Virus record (IMG/VR): IMGVR_UViG_3300037761_000215
Location: 1-49,915 of that record
Reading direction: 5' to 3' (one strand)
Source of the DNA: a virus
Lineage: Duplodnaviria; Caudoviricetes
Length of the DNA: 49,915 nt
Positions 27,480 through 35,513 of the stretch are shown here, piece by piece. Each line of letters opens with the position of its first letter. Within the stretch, counting starts at the first letter, position 1. The notes under the pieces were generated by a model. The model worked only from the letters and a program-made list of their open reading frames with translations, was not told the origin of the DNA and did not search any database. Both the position numbers and the translations under genes were made by a program.

Positions 27480-27880
27480 GTCCTCTCGTTCCTGCGTCCT
27501 GCGGTTGCGTGGCCGGCCGGTGTCGGCTCCCGCCCCCCGGTGGCCCCGTCAGGCCTGGGGGACTCGGCGCGCCCCGCTGACGGGCGGGTGACCGGTGATC
27601 CGGTGTGCTCGGCACCCTTCCGGGTGCCTCTCTCGTAGCCTGGCCTGCCGGCCGGCCGCGTAACCGCAGGTGGTGGGTCCTGGTGCCACGGGGGGGCCGA
27701 TCGGATATGCCTCCTGCGGCCAGCCCGAGCATGTCGGGTGTCGCGGTAGGAGTGCGGGGAAGCGATTCGGCCCCCTCGAAGCACCAGGGGTGCTTCTTCT
27801 TTGTCCTCCCGGTTCCGGCTTCCCCTTCCGGGGCCCTGTGGTTTCTCCTGAGCTTTTGTGTTCTCTGTTTTCTTGTACCT
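27480..27880 (-). ncRNA. Putative large structured ncRNA or 5' leader
   Basis: No credible ORF; 23-bp closing stem, GGAA tetraloops, complementary loop pair; promoter immediately upstream. Confidence 0.65.
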
Positions 27881-27882
27881 TA

Positions 27883-27910
27883 AGCGTATCACGTAAACTC
27901 CCGGGTGCAA
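27883..27910 (-). promoter_or_regulatory. Leftward sigma70-like promoter
   Basis: TTGCAC-N16-TACGCT with extended TGn. Confidence 0.65.
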
Positions 27911-27974
27911 GCCCCACAGCTCATCCTTTCGGGTGGTTCACGTGATACGCGCGGTCAGGGTTGGCGTGATACGC
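27884..27974. promoter_or_regulatory. Three copies of CGTGATACGC (putative RHH operators)
   Basis: 27884-27893 (minus), 27941-27950 and 27965-27974 (plus); two of them overlap -10 boxes. Confidence 0.75.
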
Positions 27975-27981
27975 TGGTGGG

Positions 27982-28185
27982 ATGGACGCGACACCGAAGC
28001 GGCGCCCGGGCCGGCCGACCGCCGGCGGCACCCCACCCGCCCGGGCCATCCGGGTGCCGGATGACCTGTGGGAGGCGGCCCGCAAGGTGGCGGCCGATGA
28101 CGGCGAGACGCTGCCGGAGGTGATCCGCCGGTTCCTGGTCTCCTACGTCCGCCGGCGCCAGCGCAAGGCAGGAGCGGGGACATGA
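27982..28185 (+). CDS. Ribbon-helix-helix DNA-binding protein
   Basis: 'GRP...RAIRVPDDLWEAARKVAADDGETLPEVIRRFL'; leaderless, TACGCT 6 nt before ATG. Confidence 0.85.
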   Translation: MDATPKRRPGRPTAGGTPPARAIRVPDDLWEAARKVAADDGETLPEVIRRFLVSYVRRRQRKAGAGT

Positions 28186-28631
28186 TCACGCTGGTGGAGT
28201 TTCTGCTCGCCCGGCTGGACGAGGACGCGCGGAAGGCGCGGGCCGCCGAGACCGGTCGGCGCTGGGAAGCGCTGACACGTGCCGATAGTGGGCCTCAGGT
28301 GCGCGTCGGCGATGGTGATATGGACGACCCGGGACCGGAGTGGCGCCGGGAAGTTGTTCACCCGATGTGGCATTGCGATGACGAGTTGGACGGCTGTCCC
28401 GATGTGGCGCGCGGCTGGATCGCCGAGGCTGAGCACATCGCCCGGCATGACCCGGCGTGGGTGCTGGCCGAGGTGGCGGCCAAGCGGCGGATCGTGCGAC
28501 TCTGCGAGGCAGGTATCGACCCCAAGGCGCCAGCCACCCCGGGAGTCCGCGCTGGCTATCGCGCCATCCTCGGCTACCTCGCCCTGCCCTACGCCGAGCA
28601 CCCGGATTACCAGGAGGAGTGGAAGCCGTGA
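28182..28631 (+). CDS. DUF6221-like actinophage protein
   Basis: 'EFLLARLDED...HIARHDPA.VLAEVAAKRRI...LALPYAEHPDYQEEW'. Confidence 0.8.
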   Translation: MITLVEFLLARLDEDARKARAAETGRRWEALTRADSGPQVRVGDGDMDDPGPEWRREVVHPMWHCDDELDGCPDVARGWIAEAEHIARHDPAWVLAEVAAKRRIVRLCEAGIDPKAPATPGVRAGYRAILGYLALPYAEHPDYQEEWKP

Positions 28632-28709
28632 CGGGCGAGCCCACCGCCGGCCCGCCACCACCGGCCGGACAGGCGACCCCGACCGGGTGAGCCAAGAGAG
28701 GATCAACTC

Positions 28710-28931
28710 ATGCAGACCATGAGGATCGGAATGAAAGTGCGGGCCGGGCCTGACGAGGTGTTCGCCCCAGATGCGTTCGACAGCCAGATCGGGAAGACCG
28801 TGCCGGTGCGTCTGCCGGGCCTGTCTCGACGCGGGAGGGTGGTTGGGGCACAGGTGAGCCCGGATGGCCGGAGTTGCACGCTTACGGTGGAGGTCCCGGA
28901 CATCCGTCCCTTTGCCGACCTGGCTTGGTGA
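28710..28931 (+). CDS. Hypothetical protein
   Basis: RBS GAGAGGA. Confidence 0.65.
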   Translation: MQTMRIGMKVRAGPDEVFAPDAFDSQIGKTVPVRLPGLSRRGRVVGAQVSPDGRSCTLTVEVPDIRPFADLAW

Positions 28932-29015
28932 GCCGGCTCACAGCAACCCGAGCCGCTCTCGGATCGTTGACCCGGTACCCCCTCGTCCGTGGCGGGAGTG
29001 AGGAGCCCCGCCCCC

Positions 29016-29288
29016 ATGCCATCCCTACGTGCTGTGCTGTACATCCCTCACGGTACCGACCAGACCCTTTGGCAGCATGAGTGCGCGGCGCTGTGCCGGG
29101 CACGCGGCTGGCTGGTGGCCGCGGTCACCGCGGATGCGGTGACCGCCCGGCGGCTGATACTCGCCGGGGCGGCGGAACTGGTGGTGGTGGCCCGGCCGCG
29201 TCATCTGGCCGCGGTGGCGCTGGCGGTGGCGGTGGTCACCGACCCGCCGGGCCGGGACCGGCGGGGCCGGCCCCGGCGGCTGCGATGA
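29016..29288 (+). CDS. Degenerate resolvase-N-terminal-like small protein
   Basis: 'RAVLYI...QHECAALCRARGW.V...RLILAG.AELVVVAR..HL'; no YxRxS motif. Confidence 0.55.
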   Translation: MPSLRAVLYIPHGTDQTLWQHECAALCRARGWLVAAVTADAVTARRLILAGAAELVVVARPRHLAAVALAVAVVTDPPGRDRRGRPRRLR

Positions 29289-29565
29289 GCGCGCGTTCCT
29301 GTCGGCTGGCTGTGATCAGCTTCTGCGCCCGCTGGTAGGTGCCGAGCCCGGCCGCTACCGCCACCGCCTCCAGCGACAGCCCATCCCTGGCCTCCGCCAG
29401 AGCCGCGCCGCGCAGCCGCTTGACCTCGGAGACCAGGGCGTCAAGCAGCGCCTGCTCTCTGGTCAGGGCGTGGTAGCGGCGCATCGGGTCCGGCTCGGTC
29501 AGCAGGTCGCCTAGCAGGCTATCCCGCAACGTCTCCACCTCGTGACGTTCCGCCTCGTACATCAC
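29236..29565 (-). CDS. Small HTH-like protein
   Basis: RBS AAGGAGGA; 'GLSLEAVAVAAGLGTYQRAQKL'. Confidence 0.65.
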   Translation of the reverse strand: MMYEAERHEVETLRDSLLGDLLTEPDPMRRYHALTREQALLDALVSEVKRLRGAALAEARDGLSLEAVAVAAGLGTYQRAQKLITASRQERALIAAAGAGPAGPGPAGR

Positions 29566-30425
29566 TCCTCCTTACGCCGCACCGTTGCGGCGAGCTGATT
29601 TAGTGCTGCGATGTAACGGTTACGCGCTTCCGCCCTCGGGCTGGTCTTGCCGCACTCCCACCGGGAGACCTGTGCAACATCCACTCCCAGGTGTTGGGCG
29701 ATCGCCGTCATCGTCACCGCAGCCTGCTGGCGCAACTTGCGCCACTGCGGCGGCGCTGCATCGACAACTGGCACCCAGCCAGGTGTCGGGGGCGACGTAC
29801 GCCGCGCTTTCTCGGACGCGCGATGTCGCCACCGCTCCCGTTCCTTTCGGCGCTGCTCCTCCAGTTCCTCGGGTGACATCTGCGTCCGGCGTCGGCGTTT
29901 CCGCTCTCGTTCGCTGCGCCGGTGCTCCTCAGTGCTGAGACTGCGGCGGGCGCGGCCGTACGCCGCAGTGACGGCCTGGCAGTCGCCGCAGTGACAGCCG
30001 TACCGCACATACCCCTGTCGCGTCCCATGCCGAGGATCTCCCGCAGGCAGTCCGGAGGCGCGTTCCCGTCGCCGGTGTTGGTAATCCCGGGCTCGCTTCG
30101 CCTCGCATTGCTCGCAATGGCAGCCTGCCGCCAACCCCTCCGACGTGCCGTGGAGCGGTTCGATCTCCCCGGCCTTGATCATCCTGTACCGGTCGCGGAG
30201 ATACCGGCGCTGGTGGACTCGGCTACGCTCGTGCGCCAGAAGATCGGCAAGGTCTTCCCCCGTGAGTTGGACCAGTCGCGACACCCCATCCAGGGTCATG
30301 CCCCCGGCCAGCATGTCGCAGGTCGCTTCGGCCAGGTCAGTACGCGCCCGCTGCGCCCACCGGCGCGTGTCCCGCTCGATACGGGCCAGCTCGGCAAGCC
30401 GTTGAGCCGAGCCCTCCTCAGTCAT
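29562..30425 (-). CDS. Multi-domain regulator: two HGT..CxCxxC knuckles + C-terminal XRE HTH
   Basis: 'HGTSEG..AGCHCEQC', 'HGTRQGY..YGCHCGDC', 'AIAQHLGVDVAQVSRWECGKTSP'. Confidence 0.75.
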   Translation of the reverse strand: MTEEGSAQRLAELARIERDTRRWAQRARTDLAEATCDMLAGGMTLDGVSRLVQLTGEDLADLLAHERSRVHQRRYLRDRYRMIKAGEIEPLHGTSEGLAAGCHCEQCEAKRARDYQHRRRERASGLPAGDPRHGTRQGYVRYGCHCGDCQAVTAAYGRARRSLSTEEHRRSERERKRRRRTQMSPEELEEQRRKERERWRHRASEKARRTSPPTPGWVPVVDAAPPQWRKLRQQAAVTMTAIAQHLGVDVAQVSRWECGKTSPRAEARNRYIAALNQLAATVRRKEE

Positions 30426-30747
30426 CCTCGTCCTCGATCACGTAGTTGACGATCTCGACCGGGCCGATCAGCTCGGCGTGGCAGTTGACCATCAGCGGCT
30501 CGCCGTCGCCGCCGCGCTGGCCCAGCAGGTCGCCGGTGACGATGTACACGGGCCGGTCGAACAGGCCGGTCACCACCCCGCCCATGTACTCGGCGTCAGA
30601 GCGGAGCATGATCGAGATGACGCTGTGGTCCTGGGTGGTCCACTCGGCGCGGTAGACCGAGATGCCCGGCTCTGGCTCGTCCAGCTCGGCGTTCCAGGAG
30701 GCACCTTCGGCGGAGAGGTCTCCGAAGCGGATGTACATCTCGGTCAT
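30418..30747 (-). CDS. Hypothetical acidic protein (leaderless)
   Basis: 'YIRFGD...EPGISVY...GGDGEPL'; ATG 6 nt after the -10 box. Confidence 0.75.
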   Translation of the reverse strand: MTEMYIRFGDLSAEGASWNAELDEPEPGISVYRAEWTTQDHSVISIMLRSDAEYMGGVVTGLFDRPVYIVTGDLLGQRGGDGEPLMVNCHAELIGPVEIVNYVIEDEDD

Positions 30748-30753
30748 GCCACC

Positions 30754-30783
30754 ACTGTACACCCTATGGGGTGTGGGTTGCAA
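30754..30783 (-). promoter_or_regulatory. Promoter TTGCAA-N18-TACAGT with palindromic operator
   Basis: ACACCC-tatg-GGGTGT at 30759-30774 lies in the spacer. Confidence 0.7.
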
Positions 30784-30792
30784 GGGTGGGCG

Positions 30793-31614
30793 TCACCTAT
30801 TCGGGTGGACCGGGTCGCCGACCAGCGCCGGCAGCCGCCCGACCGCGGCCGCCAGCCGGGGTGAGGCGACCCGCACGTACCCGAGCGTGGTGGAGATCGA
30901 CGCGTGGCCCATCAGCTCCCGCACCTCCTCCAACCCGGCGCCGGAGGCCACCAGGCTGGTGCCGTACCAGTGCCTCAACATGTGCGCGGTCACGTCCACC
31001 CCCAACCCGAGGTAGCAGCGGCGGAGCTCGGCGGAGACCCGGTCGCGCCACGGATCCCGCCCGGGTGCCACCGGACCGGCCGGCAGGCCCTCGACCGCGG
31101 CCCAGACCAGCGGGTGGGCAGGCACCCGCCGCAGCTTGGCGCCCTTCCCGTGTAGCGTGACCCGTTCGGGTGACAGGTGCTCGCGCCGGAGGCGGGTGAT
31201 CTCGATGCACCTCGCGCCGGCGTAGGCGGCGACGACGGACCACATGTGGTACGGCTCGGGGGCGTGCTGCAGGATGACCGCGAGCTGCTGGTCGCTGCAC
31301 GGGTTGGGTAGGCCTGGGCGGACCCGGGGGCGGGGCACCAGCGCACCCTCGTCCCGGCTGATGTGCCCCACGGCGGCCGCCCACGAGGTGAGCCCGCGGA
31401 TCGCCGCGTGGTAGGTGCGGCGGGTGGCGGCGCTGGGGTAGCGGCCGAGCCATTCGGCGAGCTCGGCGGCGGTGGCGGTGGGCACCCCGCAGGGCAGCTC
31501 CCGGTGGGCTGCCCTCAACGCGATGCCGTAGGTGCGGATCGTCTTCGGGCTGCGGCCGAGGGTGGCGAGGTGGGCGAGGTAGTCCTCGAGGATGTCGGCG
31601 TCGGGGGTGGTCAT
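30793..31614 (-). CDS. int: Tyrosine integrase, short Xer-like, no arm-binding domain
   Basis: 'AGARCIEI' (R), 'GKGAK' (K), 'HMLRH' (HxxR), 'LMGH...TTLGY' (H, Y); 273 aa. Confidence 0.93.
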   Translation of the reverse strand: MTTPDADILEDYLAHLATLGRSPKTIRTYGIALRAAHRELPCGVPTATAAELAEWLGRYPSAATRRTYHAAIRGLTSWAAAVGHISRDEGALVPRPRVRPGLPNPCSDQQLAVILQHAPEPYHMWSVVAAYAGARCIEITRLRREHLSPERVTLHGKGAKLRRVPAHPLVWAAVEGLPAGPVAPGRDPWRDRVSAELRRCYLGLGVDVTAHMLRHWYGTSLVASGAGLEEVRELMGHASISTTLGYVRVASPRLAAAVGRLPALVGDPVHPNR

Positions 31615-31620
31615 CTCAGG

Positions 31621-32136
31621 TTATCGGCTGGTGGCGCTGTGTGGTGCCGGGGCTGGCGGGTGGGAGAGTCGGGCCGGGCGGCTGATGCCGGCGGCGGTCG
31701 GTGCGGGTACGCGGCTCATGCTTCTGGGGGAGCCGGCGGGTCGGACGGATGGGCGAATGTGGTGGCTGTCCGGCTGGGTAGGGGTGGCTGTGGTGGTGGC
31801 GATGGGATAGCTTCCCGTTAACCTGCGGCGGCGGGTCAAGATCCGCGGCTGCTGGGCCGCCGCCCGGGCGGACTCACCCTCGGGGATCAGTTCACGCGGG
31901 TGGATACCGAGCGCCGCCGCGATCGCCGCCAGGTCTTCCACGTCGAACAGGATCTCGCCGGTCATCCTCCGGGAGAGGTACGCCTGCTTCATGCCGGCCA
32001 GCTCGGCGAGCTTCACCGCGGTCAGGTCGTGCCAGATCATCAGGGACTTGATCTGCTTGACAACCCGATCGTGGAGGCGCTGCTCCTGGCTGGTCGGTGC
32101 CATGGTCTCATCCATACCGGTCATCTTTACTCGCAT
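31621..32136 (-). CDS. Immunity repressor (XRE HTH) with low-complexity C-terminal tail
   Basis: 'LTAVKLAELAGMKQAYLSRRMTG...DLAAIAAALGI'; divergent from cro. Start uncertain (32136, 32124, 32115 or 32103). Confidence 0.85.
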   Translation of the reverse strand: MRVKMTGMDETMAPTSQEQRLHDRVVKQIKSLMIWHDLTAVKLAELAGMKQAYLSRRMTGEILFDVEDLAAIAAALGIHPRELIPEGESARAAAQQPRILTRRRRLTGSYPIATTTATPTQPDSHHIRPSVRPAGSPRSMSRVPAPTAAGISRPARLSHPPAPAPHSATSR

Positions 32137-32228
32137 TACGAGTGCTGCGGTAGTCCACCGAACGGCTGAATCTCGCTGGGGGAGTTGACAGCATCTCGCA
32201 TCGCGATTACCGTCCCTGCTATGCGAGA
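32129..32228. promoter_or_regulatory. Lysis/lysogeny switch: rightward promoter and operators
   Basis: TTGACA(32185)-N17-TACCGT(32208); operator-like CTCGCATnnCGAG variants at 32129, 32171, 32194 and (minus) 32214-32228. Confidence 0.8.
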
Positions 32229-32484
32229 TGAAAATGCCCCCCGCGAGATCGCCAAGCGTGTTCGACTCGCAATCCGCGTGTCGGGGCTGACCCAGCTTGA
32301 GGTGGCCCGCCGGCTGGGCTGGCCGCAGCAGCGGCTGAACCGTCGGCTCACCGAAGCGGACTACGCGGCACCCTTCGAGGCGGCCGAGCTGGCCCAGGTA
32401 GCGGGCGTGCTCGGAGTGCCCCCGTCGCAGTTCCTGCTCGATCCGGCGGAGCCCACCGCCGAGCCGGCAGGTGACGCGCGATGA
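32221..32484 (+). CDS. Cro-like XRE protein (leaderless)
   Basis: 'GLTQLEVARRLGWPQQRLNRRL'; ATG 7 nt after the -10 box. Confidence 0.85.
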   Translation: MRDENAPREIAKRVRLAIRVSGLTQLEVARRLGWPQQRLNRRLTEADYAAPFEAAELAQVAGVLGVPPSQFLLDPAEPTAEPAGDAR

Positions 32485-32660
32485 GCGAGAACAGCCTCAC
32501 CTTCCCCTGCCCGCTGTGCAGCGTGGTCGTGACCGTCATCGTCGACAACCTCAACGTTCAGGTCACCCCACCGGAGGCGGGTAAGCAGCTCAAGCGCTCC
32601 ACCATCACCGCGACCGGCATCGGCGTGACCAACCACGTCCACGGACGGAGCAACCACTGA
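32481..32660 (+). CDS. Small CxxC protein
   Basis: ATGA and TGATG overlaps; 'FPCPLC'. Confidence 0.6.
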   Translation: MSENSLTFPCPLCSVVVTVIVDNLNVQVTPPEAGKQLKRSTITATGIGVTNHVHGRSNH

Positions 32661-33382
32661 TGACCACCACCGAAGCCCCGATCCTGCTCACCGAGCAGGA
32701 GTACCAGGCTGCGCTCGCCGATCTGGCCGACTACGAGAAGCGGATCGCCGAGTCCGACCGGCTCTCGCAAGCCGGCAGCCTAGCCAAGGCCGAGATCCTC
32801 GACAAGCTGTACCGGGATCACCGGTGGGTGGCTGAGCGGAACGCCGAGCGTCTGAAGACCGCGAAGACGGCACAGGGCGGCCGACCGGTTGACCCGACCT
32901 CGCGCTCCCAGTTCTCGACGTGGGTGCGCGGTCGGTTCCCTCGGATTCAGCCACGTACGACCTACCAGCTTCTCGACGCAAACATGCTGGTCAGGAGTTA
33001 TTTGCGCAATGCGCAAGTAACTCCGATCAATGAGTCTCAGATCCGCCCCCTGAAGCCGCTGCTGAGTGTTGCCAACGGATCAGGCTCACGTATCCCCGAT
33101 GTCTGGGACCTTGCCTGCAAACTGGCCGTCGACGAAGGCCGCGATCGGCCCGGCGCCGACGATGTGCGGCGCGGCATCACAGAGTGGCGGCGCCTGCACC
33201 TGCCGCCCGCCCAGGCGCGTAAGGAGCGAGCCGAGGACCACGGCTGGGTGCTTGAGCGCAAGGCCGAGGCTGCGTGGGACCAGCTGGTAAGGCACGGCAA
33301 GAAGGAGCAGATCGAGAAGTTCCTCAGCCGTGTGTCCCAGGACATCGACCACATGAAGCAGACCGGAGAGCGTCCGTCATGA
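32660..33382 (+). CDS. Hypothetical protein
   Basis: 240 aa, coupled starts and stops; 'PINESQIRPL'. Confidence 0.7.
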   Translation: MTTTEAPILLTEQEYQAALADLADYEKRIAESDRLSQAGSLAKAEILDKLYRDHRWVAERNAERLKTAKTAQGGRPVDPTSRSQFSTWVRGRFPRIQPRTTYQLLDANMLVRSYLRNAQVTPINESQIRPLKPLLSVANGSGSRIPDVWDLACKLAVDEGRDRPGADDVRRGITEWRRLHLPPAQARKERAEDHGWVLERKAEAAWDQLVRHGKKEQIEKFLSRVSQDIDHMKQTGERPS

Positions 33383-33945
33383 CCGTAGATGAGCAGACGG
33401 CAGCAGCTCAGCGGATGGCCAACGCGCTCGGCCTGCCGTTGCTGACGATGCAGGCTGCCATGCCGAGCTTCAGGTCGGCAGCCTGCCGAAACCCCCAGGC
33501 AGGCCAAGCCGAGCTCATCGAACAGGATCTTGCACGCGCCACCCGGCACCCATTCAAGGGCGCACGTCCGACTTGGAGCGGGTACTGCCTGTTCCCAGAT
33601 CGTTGTGAATGCTCATGCCATGGTCCCGACCGTGGCGTGGACGGGATAGACAGTCCTACCCTGAGCCTCGGCGAGTTGGAGATTGGCGACCCGGTGGCGG
33701 TCGCAGACTCCTCGCCCGATGACTGCCGCTGCCGCTGCGGTGCAACCTGGCGCGGATTCTCTATCGCCCACTGCGCCGTCTGCCACCTGACCTTCACGAC
33801 GGTCGGCAACTTCGACCACCACCTGTTCCGTGACGGCTGCCGTACCGAGGCTGAGCTACGGGACAAGGGATACGAGCCCAACGCTGCGGGGCACTGGCGC
33901 AAGCCGATGCCCGAGGGCCGGATGCCGTGGGCGGTGACCCGATGA
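33379..33945 (+). CDS. Zn-binding protein with FDXHR-like C-terminal domain
   Basis: 'CGATW.G...AHCAVCHLTF...NFDHH'. Confidence 0.7.
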   Translation: MTVDEQTAAAQRMANALGLPLLTMQAAMPSFRSAACRNPQAGQAELIEQDLARATRHPFKGARPTWSGYCLFPDRCECSCHGPDRGVDGIDSPTLSLGELEIGDPVAVADSSPDDCRCRCGATWRGFSIAHCAVCHLTFTTVGNFDHHLFRDGCRTEAELRDKGYEPNAAGHWRKPMPEGRMPWAVTR

Positions 33946-34109
33946 TCCGCGACCCGCAGCCGCTCACCGGCGAAACCGTCCCCTGCCCCGAATGCCGCGA
34001 GGACCTGAGGAACCACTGCCCCTGCCGTGAGCCCGGCTGCGGTTGCTGGTGCATGGACCCGGACACGCCCGCGCACATGCTGCGGCCACCGCGGGTGGTG
34101 GGGTCGTGA
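33942..34109 (+). CDS. Small Cys-rich protein
   Basis: ATGA overlap; CPEC...CPC...CGCWC. Confidence 0.6.
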   Translation: MIRDPQPLTGETVPCPECREDLRNHCPCREPGCGCWCMDPDTPAHMLRPPRVVGS

Positions 34110-34357
34110 GCGCCTCCACGCCGGTCGCCGGCTACCCCGCCCACGCCGTGGTCGAGTACCGGCGGTGGACCAACGAGTTCGGCGCGCGGTTCACCGACTG
34201 GCGCGGCCTGTGCGCCGCCACCGGCATCGACACCGGCCACGAGCCGCTGCGGCTGGCCGGTGCGGCACGCAAGCAGGAGCTGTGCCGCCGCTGCTTCCCC
34301 TGGCGCGGCTGGGAGCCGGCTCAGTCCCTCAGCGCGCCCAGGGAGGTGACCGAGTGA
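34106..34357 (+). CDS. Small hypothetical protein
   Basis: GTGA overlaps; 'CRRC'. Confidence 0.6.
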   Translation: MSASTPVAGYPAHAVVEYRRWTNEFGARFTDWRGLCAATGIDTGHEPLRLAGAARKQELCRRCFPWRGWEPAQSLSAPREVTE

Positions 34358-34548
34358 ACGCCCGCGACGCCCGCGACGCCGGCGTGGCCAGGGTTGCCGA
34401 GCTGCTCGGCGCCCCAGCTTCCCGCTGCCCCCAGTGCCACCGGCTGCTGCTGCTGGCCGCTGAGGGCACCATGCTGCCGGGCCATTACCGGCCAGAGGCG
34501 GGTCACAGTTGGTGCCCCGGCTCGGAGCAGCCGGCGGTGACGCGGTGA
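34354..34548 (+). CDS. Small Zn-ribbon protein
   Basis: RBS GGAGGTG; 'CPQC...H...CPGS'. Confidence 0.6.
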   Translation: MNARDARDAGVARVAELLGAPASRCPQCHRLLLLAAEGTMLPGHYRPEAGHSWCPGSEQPAVTR

Positions 34549-34859
34549 ACACCGTTGCCCGTGACGGGGAGCTGGACCGGGTGCTTCGGCTGGCCGGCGC
34601 CACCTACCGGCAGCTCGACCACTGGTGCCGACGCGGCTACCTCCGGCCAACAGCAGATGCCCCATCAGACCACCCAGGGATCCCAGGGAGCGGTCGGAGG
34701 CGAGTGTGGACTAGGTCGGAGGTCACGGTTGCGGCGGCGATGGTCCGCCTGACGGCGGCCGGGATCCTGCCTGAGCTTGCGGAGCTGGTGGCCCGTGGCC
34801 AGACCGAGATCGGCCCGGGAATCTACGTCATCGTGACCAGCGCGGACGGCGAGTCATGA
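34545..34859 (+). CDS. MerR-type HTH protein (candidate excisionase or regulator)
   Basis: 'AGATYRQLDHWCRRGYLRP...GSGRRRVW'. Confidence 0.8.
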   Translation: MNTVARDGELDRVLRLAGATYRQLDHWCRRGYLRPTADAPSDHPGIPGSGRRRVWTRSEVTVAAAMVRLTAAGILPELAELVARGQTEIGPGIYVIVTSADGES

Positions 34860-35179
34860 GCCCCCGCCGCGAGTACCTCAACGGGTATGAGGCCGGCCGC
34901 GAGCACGTCCGCTCCGGCCGGCTCACCCGCGCCCAGAAAGCCGCCGTCCGTCGCAGGGCCAGGCGCAGCGCGAGGCGCTCCGGCTGCGCGACCGCGCTGC
35001 TGATGCTGCCGTGGCTGCTGCTGCGGCACCGCGCCGGGGAGCAGCCCGACCGGCACGACCCCCGCCCCGACCGGCTCGGCGCGCACGAGACCACCGGGTT
35101 CTCGGACCACCTGACCCCGGCGGCCGAACTGATCCGCCGGCTCAACCACCCCACCACCGGCACCGCCAAGGAGAGTTGA
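34856..35179 (+). CDS. Hypothetical protein
   Basis: ATGA overlap. Confidence 0.55.
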   Translation: MSPRREYLNGYEAGREHVRSGRLTRAQKAAVRRRARRSARRSGCATALLMLPWLLLRHRAGEQPDRHDPRPDRLGAHETTGFSDHLTPAAELIRRLNHPTTGTAKES

Positions 35180-35180
35180 C

Positions 35181-35513
35181 ATGGCAGCGAAAACCAGGCC
35201 CGCGCGGGTGATCCAGTTCGCGGAGATCGAGAAGCGGTTCCGGCTGGTGCCGTTCCAGCTGTACGGCATCAACGGGCTGACCACCTACCCGGCGGTGCGG
35301 AAGCGGGGTGACGGGACCTACTCGATTCGGGTCGACGCTGGTTCTTCTGTTCGGGGCGGCACGACGACCGAGAAGTCCGACTACTTCCGGTTCGACGCCG
35401 AGGGCACGATCACGCAGGCGCCGCGCGGATTCGCCCGCGACTACCGCCCGGGCCGGGTTCCGGTGGAGGAGCTGGACGCGGCGGTAGCCCGCTACGCCGA
35501 GGCAGTCCGATGA
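35181..35513 (+). CDS. Hypothetical protein
   Basis: RBS AAGGAG. Confidence 0.7.
   Translation: MAAKTRPARVIQFAEIEKRFRLVPFQLYGINGLTTYPAVRKRGDGTYSIRVDAGSSVRGGTTTEKSDYFRFDAEGTITQAPRGFARDYRPGRVPVEELDAAVARYAEAVR

Noticed and set aside
27218-27910. 230-aa ORF covering the structured region
   Set aside because: Its TTG start is the -35 box, the N-terminal 145 aa are low-complexity, and a good RBS with ATG sits at 27475.
31613-31630. dif-like half-site CCGATAA at the repressor stop
   Set aside because: No matching TTATG-type second arm after a 6-bp spacer.
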